This document shows, piece after piece, positions 30,401 through 40,129 of a DNA stretch of 64,000 nucleotides (positions are counted from its first letter, which is position 1; each line of letters opens with the position of its first letter). The notes beneath the pieces are model-generated. The model made no database searches. It had not been told where the DNA came from and worked only from the letters and a program-made list of their open reading frames with translations. Source of the DNA: an uncultured delta proteobacterium (lineage in GTDB: Bacteria > Myxococcota_A > Polyangia > Polyangiales > Houyiibacteriaceae). The stretch spans positions 258,173 to 322,172 of the forward strand of contig CAWBAV010000011.1 of assembly GCA_963786865.1 (NCBI GenBank). Reading direction: 5' to 3'. Made by a program: the position numbers and the translations under genes.

Positions 30401-31104
30401 TGATTGCTCCTCATGCCTAGGGCGTTGATTGCGCCCCGTAACTCCTCGATGTCGGTCGGAACCGTTCTGCCCGCAGCGATACGCTCAGCTTCGTAGTCGG
30501 AGACCATGCGGCCCAAGTCTGGATTGCAGCGAGGGCGCCATTCATGAACTCGTGCCAGCGGGATTCCGAGAAACAGCGCCTTCAGCACGAGTTGATTGAA
30601 GTTCAGCTCTGGGAACTGGGCGGCTGGGTAGGCGTTCTCGCAGGCGATGGCCTCGAAGACCTCCTGCACTTGCGTGCGGCTGGCCTCGGTCGCCGTCTTG
30701 AGGAACCGCTCAGGCTCCGGCAGCAAGGCTAGGCTCTTGAGCAGCGCACAGCGCTCTGCGTTGTCCCCCTTGCGAAACGCTTCTTCAACCAGGGCCGTAT
30801 GCTCTTCCGTGGGCAGAGTCTCGCCCGCCGCCAGGAGCATGAAGGCACGCGCCAGCTCAGCTGCAGACCAACGCGCCGGATCGATCGCGCCGACCTCCCG
30901 AAGCGCGTCGAAATCCTCTCGTTCGAGATGCCAATCGAGCTGTCGCACGCGGCGACCGGCTGCTGCGTACGCTGCAAAGTATGGAATGCGCTGAAACGGC
31001 TGGTTTGGCAACGGCAGGGCCCGGACCAACCAGTCGATCGAAGCGCGCTCCGCGTGTCGCGCCAGTACGCCCAGTAGGATTGGTGCTCTCGACTCCCGTG
31101 CCAC
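30397..31104 (-). CDS. eboA: EboA-family protein
   Basis: 235-aa helical protein with no other recognisable domain. It occupies the first position of the eboA-B operon half. The call rests on context plus remembered family features. Confidence 0.55.
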   Translation of the reverse strand: MARESRAPILLGVLARHAERASIDWLVRALPLPNQPFQRIPYFAAYAAAGRRVRQLDWHLEREDFDALREVGAIDPARWSAAELARAFMLLAAGETLPTEEHTALVEEAFRKGDNAERCALLKSLALLPEPERFLKTATEASRTQVQEVFEAIACENAYPAAQFPELNFNQLVLKALFLGIPLARVHEWRPRCNPDLGRMVSDYEAERIAAGRTVPTDIEELRGAINALGMRSNQ

Positions 31105-31161
31105 GGAAGGAGGCTAGCCTGCCCGCCTCCGGCAAGCCATTGACGGGCGCCGATGCTCCGG

Positions 31162-31782
31162 TTAGCGGCTGCTCTTTCCGAAGAAATGCTCGATACGCAG
31201 TCGATCGAGCTCCGGTTCGAGGGCCGGATCCTTTTCACCACTTCGCTTGGCGATCAGTGGCGCCCAGGGCAAGTTTTCGAACTCATCCTTCCAGCGTCTG
31301 ATCAGCTCATCGAGCTTCGCGACCGGCTTGGCGGGAACGCCGGCGACGACGGTGTTTGCCGGGACGTCCCGGCTCACGACGGCCCCGGCTGCCACGATGG
31401 CGTTCGGCCCGATGCAGACATTCGGAAGGATCATCGCGCCCTCTCCTATGAAGACGTTGTCGAAGACGTCGATCTTACCGACGCGATCGAGGTGGAGGCC
31501 CAACGCGCGGTTGAACACATGGACCGATCCATCGTGGCAAAGAAACGTAGCGGTGCCGATCCGGATGTTGTTTCCCAGGCGGATGAACTTGGGGTTGCTG
31601 GCTTCCTTCATCAGCGCGCTCGGCAGGATGTAACAGTCCTCGCCCTGTGCGTAGAAGGTATTGCGATGCTTGAGGTAAGCCGCCCATTCATAACCGTTCG
31701 GTCCGGTGCGTCGATAGAGCCACTCGAAGCGGCCATGCTCCCACGCAAACCAGCGAATGAGCCTGTTGAAAAGGCGTCTCAT
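31162..31782 (-). CDS. hexapeptide-repeat (LbH) O-acetyltransferase
   Basis: 206 aa with a run of [LIV]G..xx hexapeptides: IGNNIRIGTATF..., VFIGEGAMILPNVCIGPNAIVAAGAVVSRDVPANTVVAGVPAK. Confidence 0.85.
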   Translation of the reverse strand: MRRLFNRLIRWFAWEHGRFEWLYRRTGPNGYEWAAYLKHRNTFYAQGEDCYILPSALMKEASNPKFIRLGNNIRIGTATFLCHDGSVHVFNRALGLHLDRVGKIDVFDNVFIGEGAMILPNVCIGPNAIVAAGAVVSRDVPANTVVAGVPAKPVAKLDELIRRWKDEFENLPWAPLIAKRSGEKDPALEPELDRLRIEHFFGKSSR

Positions 31783-31906
31783 AGTAGTCTCCTAACGGGG
31801 TCTTCCCGCCACGATACCTATCGCTTCTCCCAAGAACCATGGCGGAAGCTCAGCGACCGCGCCAATCTTTCAGCTCGAGGGAGAATGCCTTGGCTCTTTG
31901 CCACGG

Positions 31907-33167
31907 TCAAAGCGCTCCGCCGACCACGTCCGGTGAGTTGAGCGCGGGGGCAGCATGCCTCTCATTTCCAATCGCCAGTATTTCGGATATTCGGTCAGCC
32001 AGGAGCTCCCCCAGGCGGCGGTGACCATCCGGGTTGAAGTGACAGAAGTCGACGAATACGCCTGGATGCTCCTCCAGCACCGCCGCACCGTCGAGAAGCG
32101 CGACATGGCTCTCAGCGGCCACCTCACGCATGATCTCATTGTACGCGGTGTCCAGACGAATCAGCGTCCCGCCGGAAAAAGAACGGTAGATTGATGGAGC
32201 GAGCGAGACTTCGGCCGCCTTCGCATCGTCACCTTTCGCTTCGTACGCCTTCACGAGATACAGGCGTGCCAAGTCGCGGAACATCATCTGCGATTGCGTG
32301 GCGGAGCTCAGGTATGCGATCGCAGTGTCGTAGTCGCCGCTCGCCAGGCTTGCGATTCCCCTCTTCAAGTGATCGGACTGCATCGGGTCATCGCGCAGAA
32401 GAACGAAGAGCACCGGAATGTTCAAACGTCTTGCGCTCCGCAGCGATCCGAGAAAGGTTGCTTCGGTAGGAGGCCTCGTCGACGCGCGGTTCCAGTCCTG
32501 TAACGTCCACCTCGCCAACGTACTTTGGAACCAGTCCGACCTTTCGCATGACGCGACGCAGACCCCGATAGAAATGTGAGATCTCCACGAGTCTTGCAAT
32601 TCTCCCCATCGTACTTCGAGAGGCTTCGTAGGCGCGTTTGAACTCTTCCGGGCCGTCCATGGACTCCGGCGGCAAGACGTATCGCCGGTCGTTGAAATTG
32701 AACGAGACAACGAGGAGATCTGGTTTGAGAATCGGAAGATACCGCTCGACGACGACACGTCCCTGGTACGAGCTGTAACCGGCGACGCCGAGATTGATCG
32801 CATCGACATCCGGCAGAAGATTCTCCGTAACTTCGACAAAGGAGGCTGGGGTCGGAGCGCCCCAGCCGGAGGTGTTGGAGTCGCCGACGAACACGATCTT
32901 CTTTTTGCCGAGCGAGCCGGTGATCTCATCCGAGTCGACGGTCAAATAGCCTTCGGCGTCAAACTCGCGATCGTCCAGTCCGACGCGACCCGCGTAGCCT
33001 GGTCTCCTCTCCCAGCCTACGGCAGGGGAGTGGATCATCCACGGCTCAGAGCTCGCCAGCGCGCTCCCAGCGATGTCCTCATCGATGGTGCCCGCGATGC
33101 GTGCAAGCAACTCGAGCATGACAAACACGGCCGCGAAGACAAGCGCGGTGAACAACAACTTCTTCAT
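31907..33167 (-). pseudogene. membrane-anchored SGNH hydrolase-family protein with a TPR-like insert; one frameshift near 32437-32450
   Basis: It starts with MKKLLFTAL.. at 33167. Motifs are IVFVGDSNTSGWG, NLGVAGYSS and VSFNFNDR. The text continues in another frame as ARRLNIPVLFVLL...GDYDTAIAYL...VDFCHFNPDGHRRLGELLA. Confidence 0.65.
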
Positions 33168-33187
33168 TCGAGCTCTTCCATTGGGAC

Positions 33188-34186
33188 TCAGGAGCCTTTG
33201 TATTCGATGAGTGTGGAGCGATTGCCAGTGAGCCTGCCCCACTGAAAGCGGAGCCAACCCACGGCCTCGGGCAGCTTGGCGAGCATCAGGAAGAAGGCCA
33301 CGGTCCACGGTCGGGATTGGCCTTCGCTGCGCAGGCGGCGCGCGATTCGGATCACGTTGACTGGGTAAGCGAGCAGCAGCAGTAGCGAGACCCCGCTAGT
33401 GAACGGTGCCCCGGCGATTGCGAGCACGGGGAGAAGCAGACCCCAGGCGACGATCCGCCTCGACTCCGGTACCCCCATTCTCTCGGGCGGAGCGCCGTGC
33501 AGCCACGCCCCCTCGGCGTAAGCGTGTCCTGCCCGCGTCGCGCGCTTCCACCATTGAGAAAAGCGCGTCATTGCGACGTCGTGGAGCGCCATGTCGGCGT
33601 CGAGCCGTCGGATCTTCCAACCGCTTTGACGTAGGCGCACACAGAGCTCCGGCTCCTCGCCTGCGATCAAGCCGGGCAGGAAACCGCCAACCGCCTGGAA
33701 CGCCCTGACGCGCATCATCGCGATCCCGCCGCAGCTGTCGGCATCGCCAACGGGCGTATTCCATTCGACGTCGCAGAGGTAGTTGTAGACGCTCCGATGC
33801 GGAAACCGTTCCCTCAGGCGGCCAGCTGCGGCGGCGTATTCCGGGCTCCTCTCGAGGAAGCCCACGGCGCCTTCGATCCAACCATCGACGAGCTCGCAAT
33901 CTCCATCGATCAGCTGCGCGTATTGCACCTCCGGGGCGACCCGCGCTAGCCGAGCGACGCCTGCATTTCGCGCGCGTGCTGCCGTAAAGGGAAGCTGAGG
34001 ATCGAGCTGCACGACGTCGACGCCGATCGTTCGCGCGAACTCCACGCTTCCGTCCGACGATCCGGAGTCGACATACACGAGATGAGATGCCTGTTGCCTC
34101 AGCGAGCGCAAGCATACCTTGAGTCTTTCGCCCTCGTTCTTGCCGATGGCTACCGCACCTACCAAAGGGAGTCCCGCCGAGCTCAT
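33188..34186 (-). CDS. family-2 glycosyltransferase
   Basis: Motifs are VAIGKNEGERLKVCLRSL, YVDSGSSDGS and ARARNAG. The ATG at 34186 overlaps the upstream stop (ATGA). Confidence 0.8.
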   Translation of the reverse strand: MSSAGLPLVGAVAIGKNEGERLKVCLRSLRQQASHLVYVDSGSSDGSVEFARTIGVDVVQLDPQLPFTAARARNAGVARLARVAPEVQYAQLIDGDCELVDGWIEGAVGFLERSPEYAAAAGRLRERFPHRSVYNYLCDVEWNTPVGDADSCGGIAMMRVRAFQAVGGFLPGLIAGEEPELCVRLRQSGWKIRRLDADMALHDVAMTRFSQWWKRATRAGHAYAEGAWLHGAPPERMGVPESRRIVAWGLLLPVLAIAGAPFTSGVSLLLLLAYPVNVIRIARRLRSEGQSRPWTVAFFLMLAKLPEAVGWLRFQWGRLTGNRSTLIEYKGS

Positions 34187-35142
34187 ATCTCGAACCCCTT
34201 CACGAGTGTGCTGTTGCGAAGAAAATCCCACCAGAAACGAGGCGGTTCGACGTTTGGTTTCCTCTGGATGACGCGACGAATTCGAAAGGTCGTATAGCCC
34301 GCCAGAAACGCGAGGTCTGCAAGCATGGCTTGCAACTTGCCGCGATTTTTCACGAAGAAGCGGCGTCGCGATTCGAACCAGTAGTCTGGGTACCGATGAG
34401 GCTCTTGTCGCTCGTCCGTGATGCCGGTCGCCTGCGCCGCGAGGTGCGTGACGACACTATCGGGTACATAGTGCGCGGGCCAGCCGGCTTGCCGCGCTCG
34501 AAAGCAGAAATCGACTTCGTCGAAGTATAGGAAGTACCCGTCGTCGAGGAGCCCGATCTCATCGAAGACCTTCCTTCGGATCATCATGGCCGAGCCGCTG
34601 ACCCAGTCCACCGGCATTGGCTCGTCACCCAGGTCGGGTTGGAGCTTTCGTTTACTCAGGAGCTTCGTGAGGACGCCGAGCTTGAAGCCATCGACCAGCT
34701 CGCTCGCGGCGCTTGGGAATCGAAACGCGGAATGGACCTGCTGGCCGTCGCCGTCCAACACCCGTGCACCGGCAATGCCGACGTCAGGCCGGCCCTCCAT
34801 GAACTCGAGAAGCGCGCTGATGGCACCTTCATGCACGTAAGCATCGGGGTTCAAGAGCATTACGTAGTCCAGACCCTCGCTGGTATGAAGGTAGGGCTGA
34901 ATGCCGGCGTTGTTGCCAGAGCTGTATCCGCCATTGTCTGGAAGGGGCATCAGTGTGCACCAGCTCCATTGGCCGGCCTCGATTGCGCTGCCGATGATTT
35001 CGACTGAACGGTCTCCCGAAGCGTTGTCGGTAACGACGACGTGCATCGAGCCTATCCGTTCGACCTCGTGCCTCAGTGACTCGAGACAACGGACCACCAG
35101 GTCCGGTGTCCGGTAGTTCAAGACGACGACGAGAACCTTCAT
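34183..35142 (-). CDS. family-2 glycosyltransferase (rhamnosyltransferase-like)
   Basis: It starts MKVLVVVLNYRTPDLVVRCLESL at 35142. Motifs are VVTDNASGD and DNGGYSSGNNAG. Confidence 0.8.
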   Translation of the reverse strand: MKVLVVVLNYRTPDLVVRCLESLRHEVERIGSMHVVVTDNASGDRSVEIIGSAIEAGQWSWCTLMPLPDNGGYSSGNNAGIQPYLHTSEGLDYVMLLNPDAYVHEGAISALLEFMEGRPDVGIAGARVLDGDGQQVHSAFRFPSAASELVDGFKLGVLTKLLSKRKLQPDLGDEPMPVDWVSGSAMMIRRKVFDEIGLLDDGYFLYFDEVDFCFRARQAGWPAHYVPDSVVTHLAAQATGITDERQEPHRYPDYWFESRRRFFVKNRGKLQAMLADLAFLAGYTTFRIRRVIQRKPNVEPPRFWWDFLRNSTLVKGFEI

Positions 35143-35182
35143 TCGACTGACATTATCGGAAACGATTGGACGCGCCGCAAAG

Positions 35183-36200
35183 ATGCGCCCAATTTGTCCC
35201 GCAAAGAGCTTGGCGCCCCCCGTTGGAATGCTAAGCTTTCTCACAAGGACTCATTCGATCGTCATGCTTTTCGACGCTAGGCCAGGTGTCTACATCGCGG
35301 TTATCGTAGCGGTCGTGGGTGGGACGCTCGTATACAGCGTTCGATTGGATGGCCTCTTTGCCTGTCAGGCCTCCGGATACGGGTCTGACCGCTACGCGGC
35401 CTATTGCCAGGCGACGAGATACGGTGACTACGACCACGGCGCGTTCTGGTTCGGACTCGAACCCGCGGCAATCGCCGCGGCAACGAACGCGGAGGTGCTC
35501 TTTCTCGGGAACAGCCGCATGCAGTTCGGGTTCTCGACCGAGGCGACGTACGAGTGGTTTTCGTCATTGGCCGCGCCCTACTTCTTGCTGGGCTTTTCAC
35601 ACAACGGCAATTACACTTTCGCGGCGCCACTTCTGAGAAGCTCGACCCGCAGGCCAACGTCTACGTGATCAATGTCGACCTCTTCTTCGAGCAAGCAATG
35701 ACCCAACCCGCCAAAACGGTCATGCGGGATCAGCGGAGCGAGGGCCGATACGAGCAGAAGCGCGTGTGGCAACGCTTCCACGAGCCGCTGTGCAGAAGCT
35801 TTCCGTCGCTCTGCGGGGATGAAATCGCTTTCTTCCGATCGCGAGCGACCGGCGACTGGCTCCTCACGGGGGGCGATTCGAGAGCGAGCCGGTGACGTAC
35901 GACGATCAGGTCGACCAGGATCTCCTGAGAACCTACGTCGCCGCGGGTAGGGAGTTCCTGACCGATCTGCCCGTCGGTCGCGAATGCGTCATCATGACCA
36001 TCGTACCGACGCTGGCGACAGGCATCGAGACGGCAAGGGCCGTCGCGACGGCTCTCGGGGTGAATCTGGTTGCACCGGAGCTGGATGGGCTCATCACTTT
36101 CGATGGATTGCACTTGGATGAGTCGAGCAGCGAACGCTGGTCTGCGGCTTTCATCGACGCCGCGGGTCCCCAGATCCGGACATGCTTGAGTGAATCGTGA
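35183..36200 (+). pseudogene. membrane-anchored DltD/SGNH-like protein; two frameshifts (about 35635 and the G6 run 35868-35873)
   Basis: Three ORFs join as ...NGNYTFAAPLL|EKLDPQANVYVINVD... and ...WLLTGG|RFESEPVTYDDQVD... It has an N-terminal TM, a VLFLGNSRMQFGF Ser motif and a C-terminal DGLHLD (DxxH). The start is ambiguous (35183, 35228 or 35264). Confidence 0.45.
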
Positions 36201-38202
36201 GCGTCAGCTTCGCGACTTTGGGAGCGCTGATCATGTCAGCTACCATCTTGGATAGCCCGATCGCGCGATGTACGGCAACCCAGATGATGATGAACTGGCT
36301 TCCGGCCCCTTCGGATTTCCGCGGTGACCTGCACGCTGCGCTGGAGGCCCCGGATGCAGCGGATCGCCTCGAGAAGCTCACGGCGCTTTCTCGATGCCGA
36401 CTCGGCTATCTCGAGACGATTCAGCTCGAACGCGCTCTGGGCCGCGGGTCCGGCGAGGAGGCGCCGGGATTTGCGCGCGCTCGGCTCGCCATCCTCGCAT
36501 CGTCGACGGTCGACCACCTCGTGCCGGCCATTCGCGTCGCGGGTCTGCGCCGGCGACTGCTGATCGACGTTTACGTCGGCAGCCTACGGGCAATACCGGC
36601 AGGAGCTGCTCGACGAGGCTCGCCGCTCCACCGCTTCGGCCCGCAGATCGTCTTGTTCTCGCTCACGGCACACGAAGCGATCGCGCGGCGCTCCGCTGAC
36701 GGCCACCGCGGCCGAGGCGGACGAGATCCTGGGTCGGTTCATCGCCGAGTTGCGCGGCTCTCTGGCGCAAGGCCCGGGAGACCCTGAACGCCACCGTGAT
36801 CCAACAGACCTTCCTCAACGTCGCCGAACCACTCTTCGGCAGCTACGACCGCCTCGTTTCCGGGGCGCCGGCACAGTTGATCGCGCGCCTCAACGACGAG
36901 CTGTCGGACGCCGCCGGAGAGGATTCGGCTCCTGCTGCTCGATGTCGCCCGAGCCAGCGAGCGGGATGGGCTCGATGCCTGGTTCGACGTCGAGCGCTGG
37001 CTGCAGGCGAAGTTCGAGATCGCACCCCAGGCGGCCACCAATGTACGGCGACCTCGTCGCCCGCAGTCGTCGCGGCCCAACGCGGCCTCTCCCGGAAGTG
37101 CCTCGTCCTCGATCTCGACAACACCCTGTGGGGCGGTGTGGTCGGTGACGACGGACTCGAAGGAATCGTGCTCGGGGAAGGCAGCGCTCGCGGTGAGGCA
37201 CACCTCGCCCTCCAGCGCTACGCGAAGCAGCTGAGGCGACGCGGGGCGTCATCCTGGCCGTCTGCTCGAAGAACGACCCCGAGACTCGCCGAGGCGGTCT
37301 TCCGCGAGCACCCGGAGATGGTCCTGAAGCGCTCCGACATCGCGGCCTTCGTGGCGAACTGGAACGACAAGGCGGCCAACCTCGAGAGCGATCGCGAAGC
37401 CAGCTCAACATCGGCATCGACAGCCTCGTCTTCGTGGACGACAACCCCGCGGAGCGAGCACGCATTCGGCAGAGCCTTCCGATGGTCGCCGTTCCCGAGC
37501 TACCGGACGATGCCGGCGCAGTACGTGCGCTCGTCTCGCCCGATGCCGGCTATTTCGAGGCGATCGCCTTCACCGACGATGACCGACAGCGCGGCGAGCA
37601 GTACGCCGCCAACGCATCACGCGAGGCCTCGCTTCGCGTCGTCGGAGAGCATCGACGATTTCCTGTCAGGGGCTTGGAGATGTCGGTCGAGGCCGGACCG
37701 TTCGGCGCCGTCGACCTCCACGCGTCGGCGCAGTTGATCAACAAGACCAATCAGTTCAACCTTACGACGAGACGCTATCCCGTCGAGGAAGTGGAGCGAT
37801 TTGCGGCCTCAGACCGATGTCTCACCCTGCAGTTCAGGTTGTCGGACCGATTCGGCGACAACGGCCTCGTCAGCGTGATGATTCTGCGCCCGGATGCAGA
37901 GGACAGCGATGTCCTCGAGATCGACACATGGGTCATGAGCTGCCGCGTATTCGGCAGGCAACTCGAGCTGGAGGCGATGAACATCGCGGTCGAGGCCGCG
38001 CGGGAGAGAGGCACACGGATGTTCTGTCGCCGACTACATCCCGACTTCAAAGAACGGCGTAGTCAGAGAGCTGTACCCGACGCTAGGCTTCGTGCGTTCG
38101 CCGGAAGCGCTCCCCTCCGAAGGCGCCAGCCGCTGGGTTCTGCCGCTGGTTGACTATGCGCCTTCCCGAAACCCACATCAGCCGGAGATCGACGTAGCAT
38201 GA
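36197..38202 (+). pseudogene. FkbH-like HAD-IIIC family protein with about 13 frame changes
   Basis: The text was pieced together across frames. It includes YGQYRQELLDEA, SPLHRFGPQIVLFSL, KCLVLDLDNTLWGGVVGDDGLEGI (HAD DxDxT), VILAVCSKNDPE, HPEMVLKRSDIAAFVANWNDKAANLE and IGIDSLVFVDDNPAERA. It also includes QLINKTNQFNLTTRRY, EIDTWVMSCRVFGRQLE and GDYIPTSKNGVVRELYPTLGF. The GTG start overlaps the upstream stop, and the stop at 38200-38202 overlaps the next ATG. Confidence 0.75.
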
Positions 38203-38445
38203 CGGATCAAGACATTCTGAAAGCACTTCACCCGCATTCTCCGCGATCTCCTGGCGGACGACTCGATCGTTCTGACTATGGAAACTAGGCGTGACGACGT
38301 CGACAGACTGGGATTCGTTCACATACGTCAACTTCATCGCCGTAGCGTCGAGATGGAATTCGGCGTGAGGTTCAGCGTCACGGACGTCGAGTCGTTCGAC
38401 AACGTCGGTGCCATCGTCCGTCAAACCCAGGCCCTGTTGGCGTAA
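38199..38445 (+). pseudogene. acyl/peptidyl carrier protein (DltC-like) with three frame changes (about 38227, 38305, 38347)
   Basis: The reconstructed 82 aa read MTDQDILKAL|TRILRDLLADDSIVLTMETRRDDVD|DWDSFTYVNFIAVA|VEMEFGVRFSVTDVESFDNVGAIVRQTQALLA. DWDSF is the phosphopantetheine-Ser motif. Confidence 0.65.
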
Positions 38446-38482
38446 GCGCCGCACTGTTCGAAAGAATGGGGCGACCCCAGCC

Positions 38483-40113
38483 ATGCTCTTCAACTCCTAC
38501 GAATTCATCTTTGTCTTTCTCCCGGCGACCATGGCGGTTTTCTTCCTGCTGGGAACCATCTCGCGCAGCTGGGCGCTCAGCTCGATCATCGTTGCATCCA
38601 TCGCTTCTATGCTTGGTGGCGCCCGATCAACCTTCTGATCATCTCACCGGCGCTTCTGTTCAATTTCGCCCTCGCATCGTCGCTACAGAGCCTCAGCGGG
38701 CAGAAAGAAAAGCGACGCCTATCTAGGGCGGTTCTGGTCACTGGGATCTTGTTCAACGTCGCGTTCCTCGGCTACTTCAAGTACGCGAACTTTGCGGCGA
38801 CCGTGGCCCACGACGTCTTCGGTCGCGATCTGGTGCTGACGGAGATCATCCTCCCGCTCGGAATTTCCTTCATCACGTTCCAGATGATCGCCTTTCTGAT
38901 CGACGTGCACGGGCGCCGAATCGCGTCGTTCACACTGCGCGATTTCTTCTTGTTCGTGCTCTTCTTTCCGCAGCTCATCGCCGGGCCAATCGTCCACTAT
39001 CGCGAGATGATGCCGCAGTTTCATCGAGCTTCTTGCCGGGTCGACAAGGAGAACATCTCCGTTGGCTTGACGCTCTTTGCGTTCGGATTGTTCAAGAAGG
39101 TGGCTCTCGCAGACAGCGTCGGGCCGCTGATCGCTCCGATCTATGAGCAGGCCGCATCAGGCGCCCCGATCTCGCTGATGACCGCCTGGATGGCGGCGGT
39201 CGGTTTCACGATGCAGATCTATTTCGATTTCTCTGGCTACACCGACATGGCGCTCGGTATCGCTCGATTGTTCGGGATTCGCTTACCGCAAAACTTCTAC
39301 TCGCCGCTTCGCACCTCGAGCATCATCGATTTCTGGCTGCGATGGCACATCACGTTGACGCGCTTTTTGACGGCGTACATCTACAATCCCCTGGCGCTCT
39401 GGCTGACGCGGCGCCGTCTGGCAAGAGGCAAGCCCGTATACGGGGGACGCAACACGACGCTCGGCGCATTCGTCGAGTTACTGATGTTCCCGACCGTGTT
39501 CACGATGTTCGTGTCCGGGCTCTGGCATGGCGCCGGTTACACATTCATCGTATGGGGTCTGCTCCATGGTGTGTATCTCACGATCAACCATGGCTGGCGC
39601 CAGGTAGGCCCGAGCCTCTGGCCGGACAAGCAGAGTTACGCACGCTTCATGGAGCCAGTCGGTCTCGTGCTGACCTTCATCGGTGTTGCCGCTTCGATGA
39701 TCATCTTCCGAGCCACAACGATGGGATCGGCAGTCAATTTGCTGAAGGGAATGATCGGCCTCAATGGAGTCGCGCTGCCACGGACGGTGTTCGATCGTCT
39801 AGGCCCCGTGAGCGGGTGGCTGGCCGAAGCCGGCGTCAGCCGGGGCCTGGAACATGGCCTCGAGGTCAACAAGCTGGTGACGTGGATCGTCGTGCTGACA
39901 TTCATTGCGCTCGTCTTCCCGAATACCCTTCAAGTCCTGGCTCCGTATGAACCGGCGCTCGGTGTGAAGCCGCCCTCGGGCAAAACCGGTGCCTGGAGAC
40001 GTGCGCTTACCTGGAGACCATCGACGGCATGGGCCGTTCTTCTGTCCGCAATCGCAGCCGTAGGGGTTTTTCAACTCGGCGGCCAAAGCGAGTTCTTGTA
40101 CTGGCAATTTTAG
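38483..40113 (+). pseudogene. MBOAT-family O-acyltransferase (AlgI/DltB-like), one frameshift at 38605-38606
   Basis: The text MLFNSYEFIFVFLP...IVASIA|FYAWWRPINLL... continues into the 454-aa ORF. MBOAT hallmarks are present: SFITFQMIAFLIDV, FPQLIAGPIV, FWLRWHITLTRFL and the WHG context. Confidence 0.85.
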
Positions 40114-40129
40114 AGAGCTTGAGCGTGCC

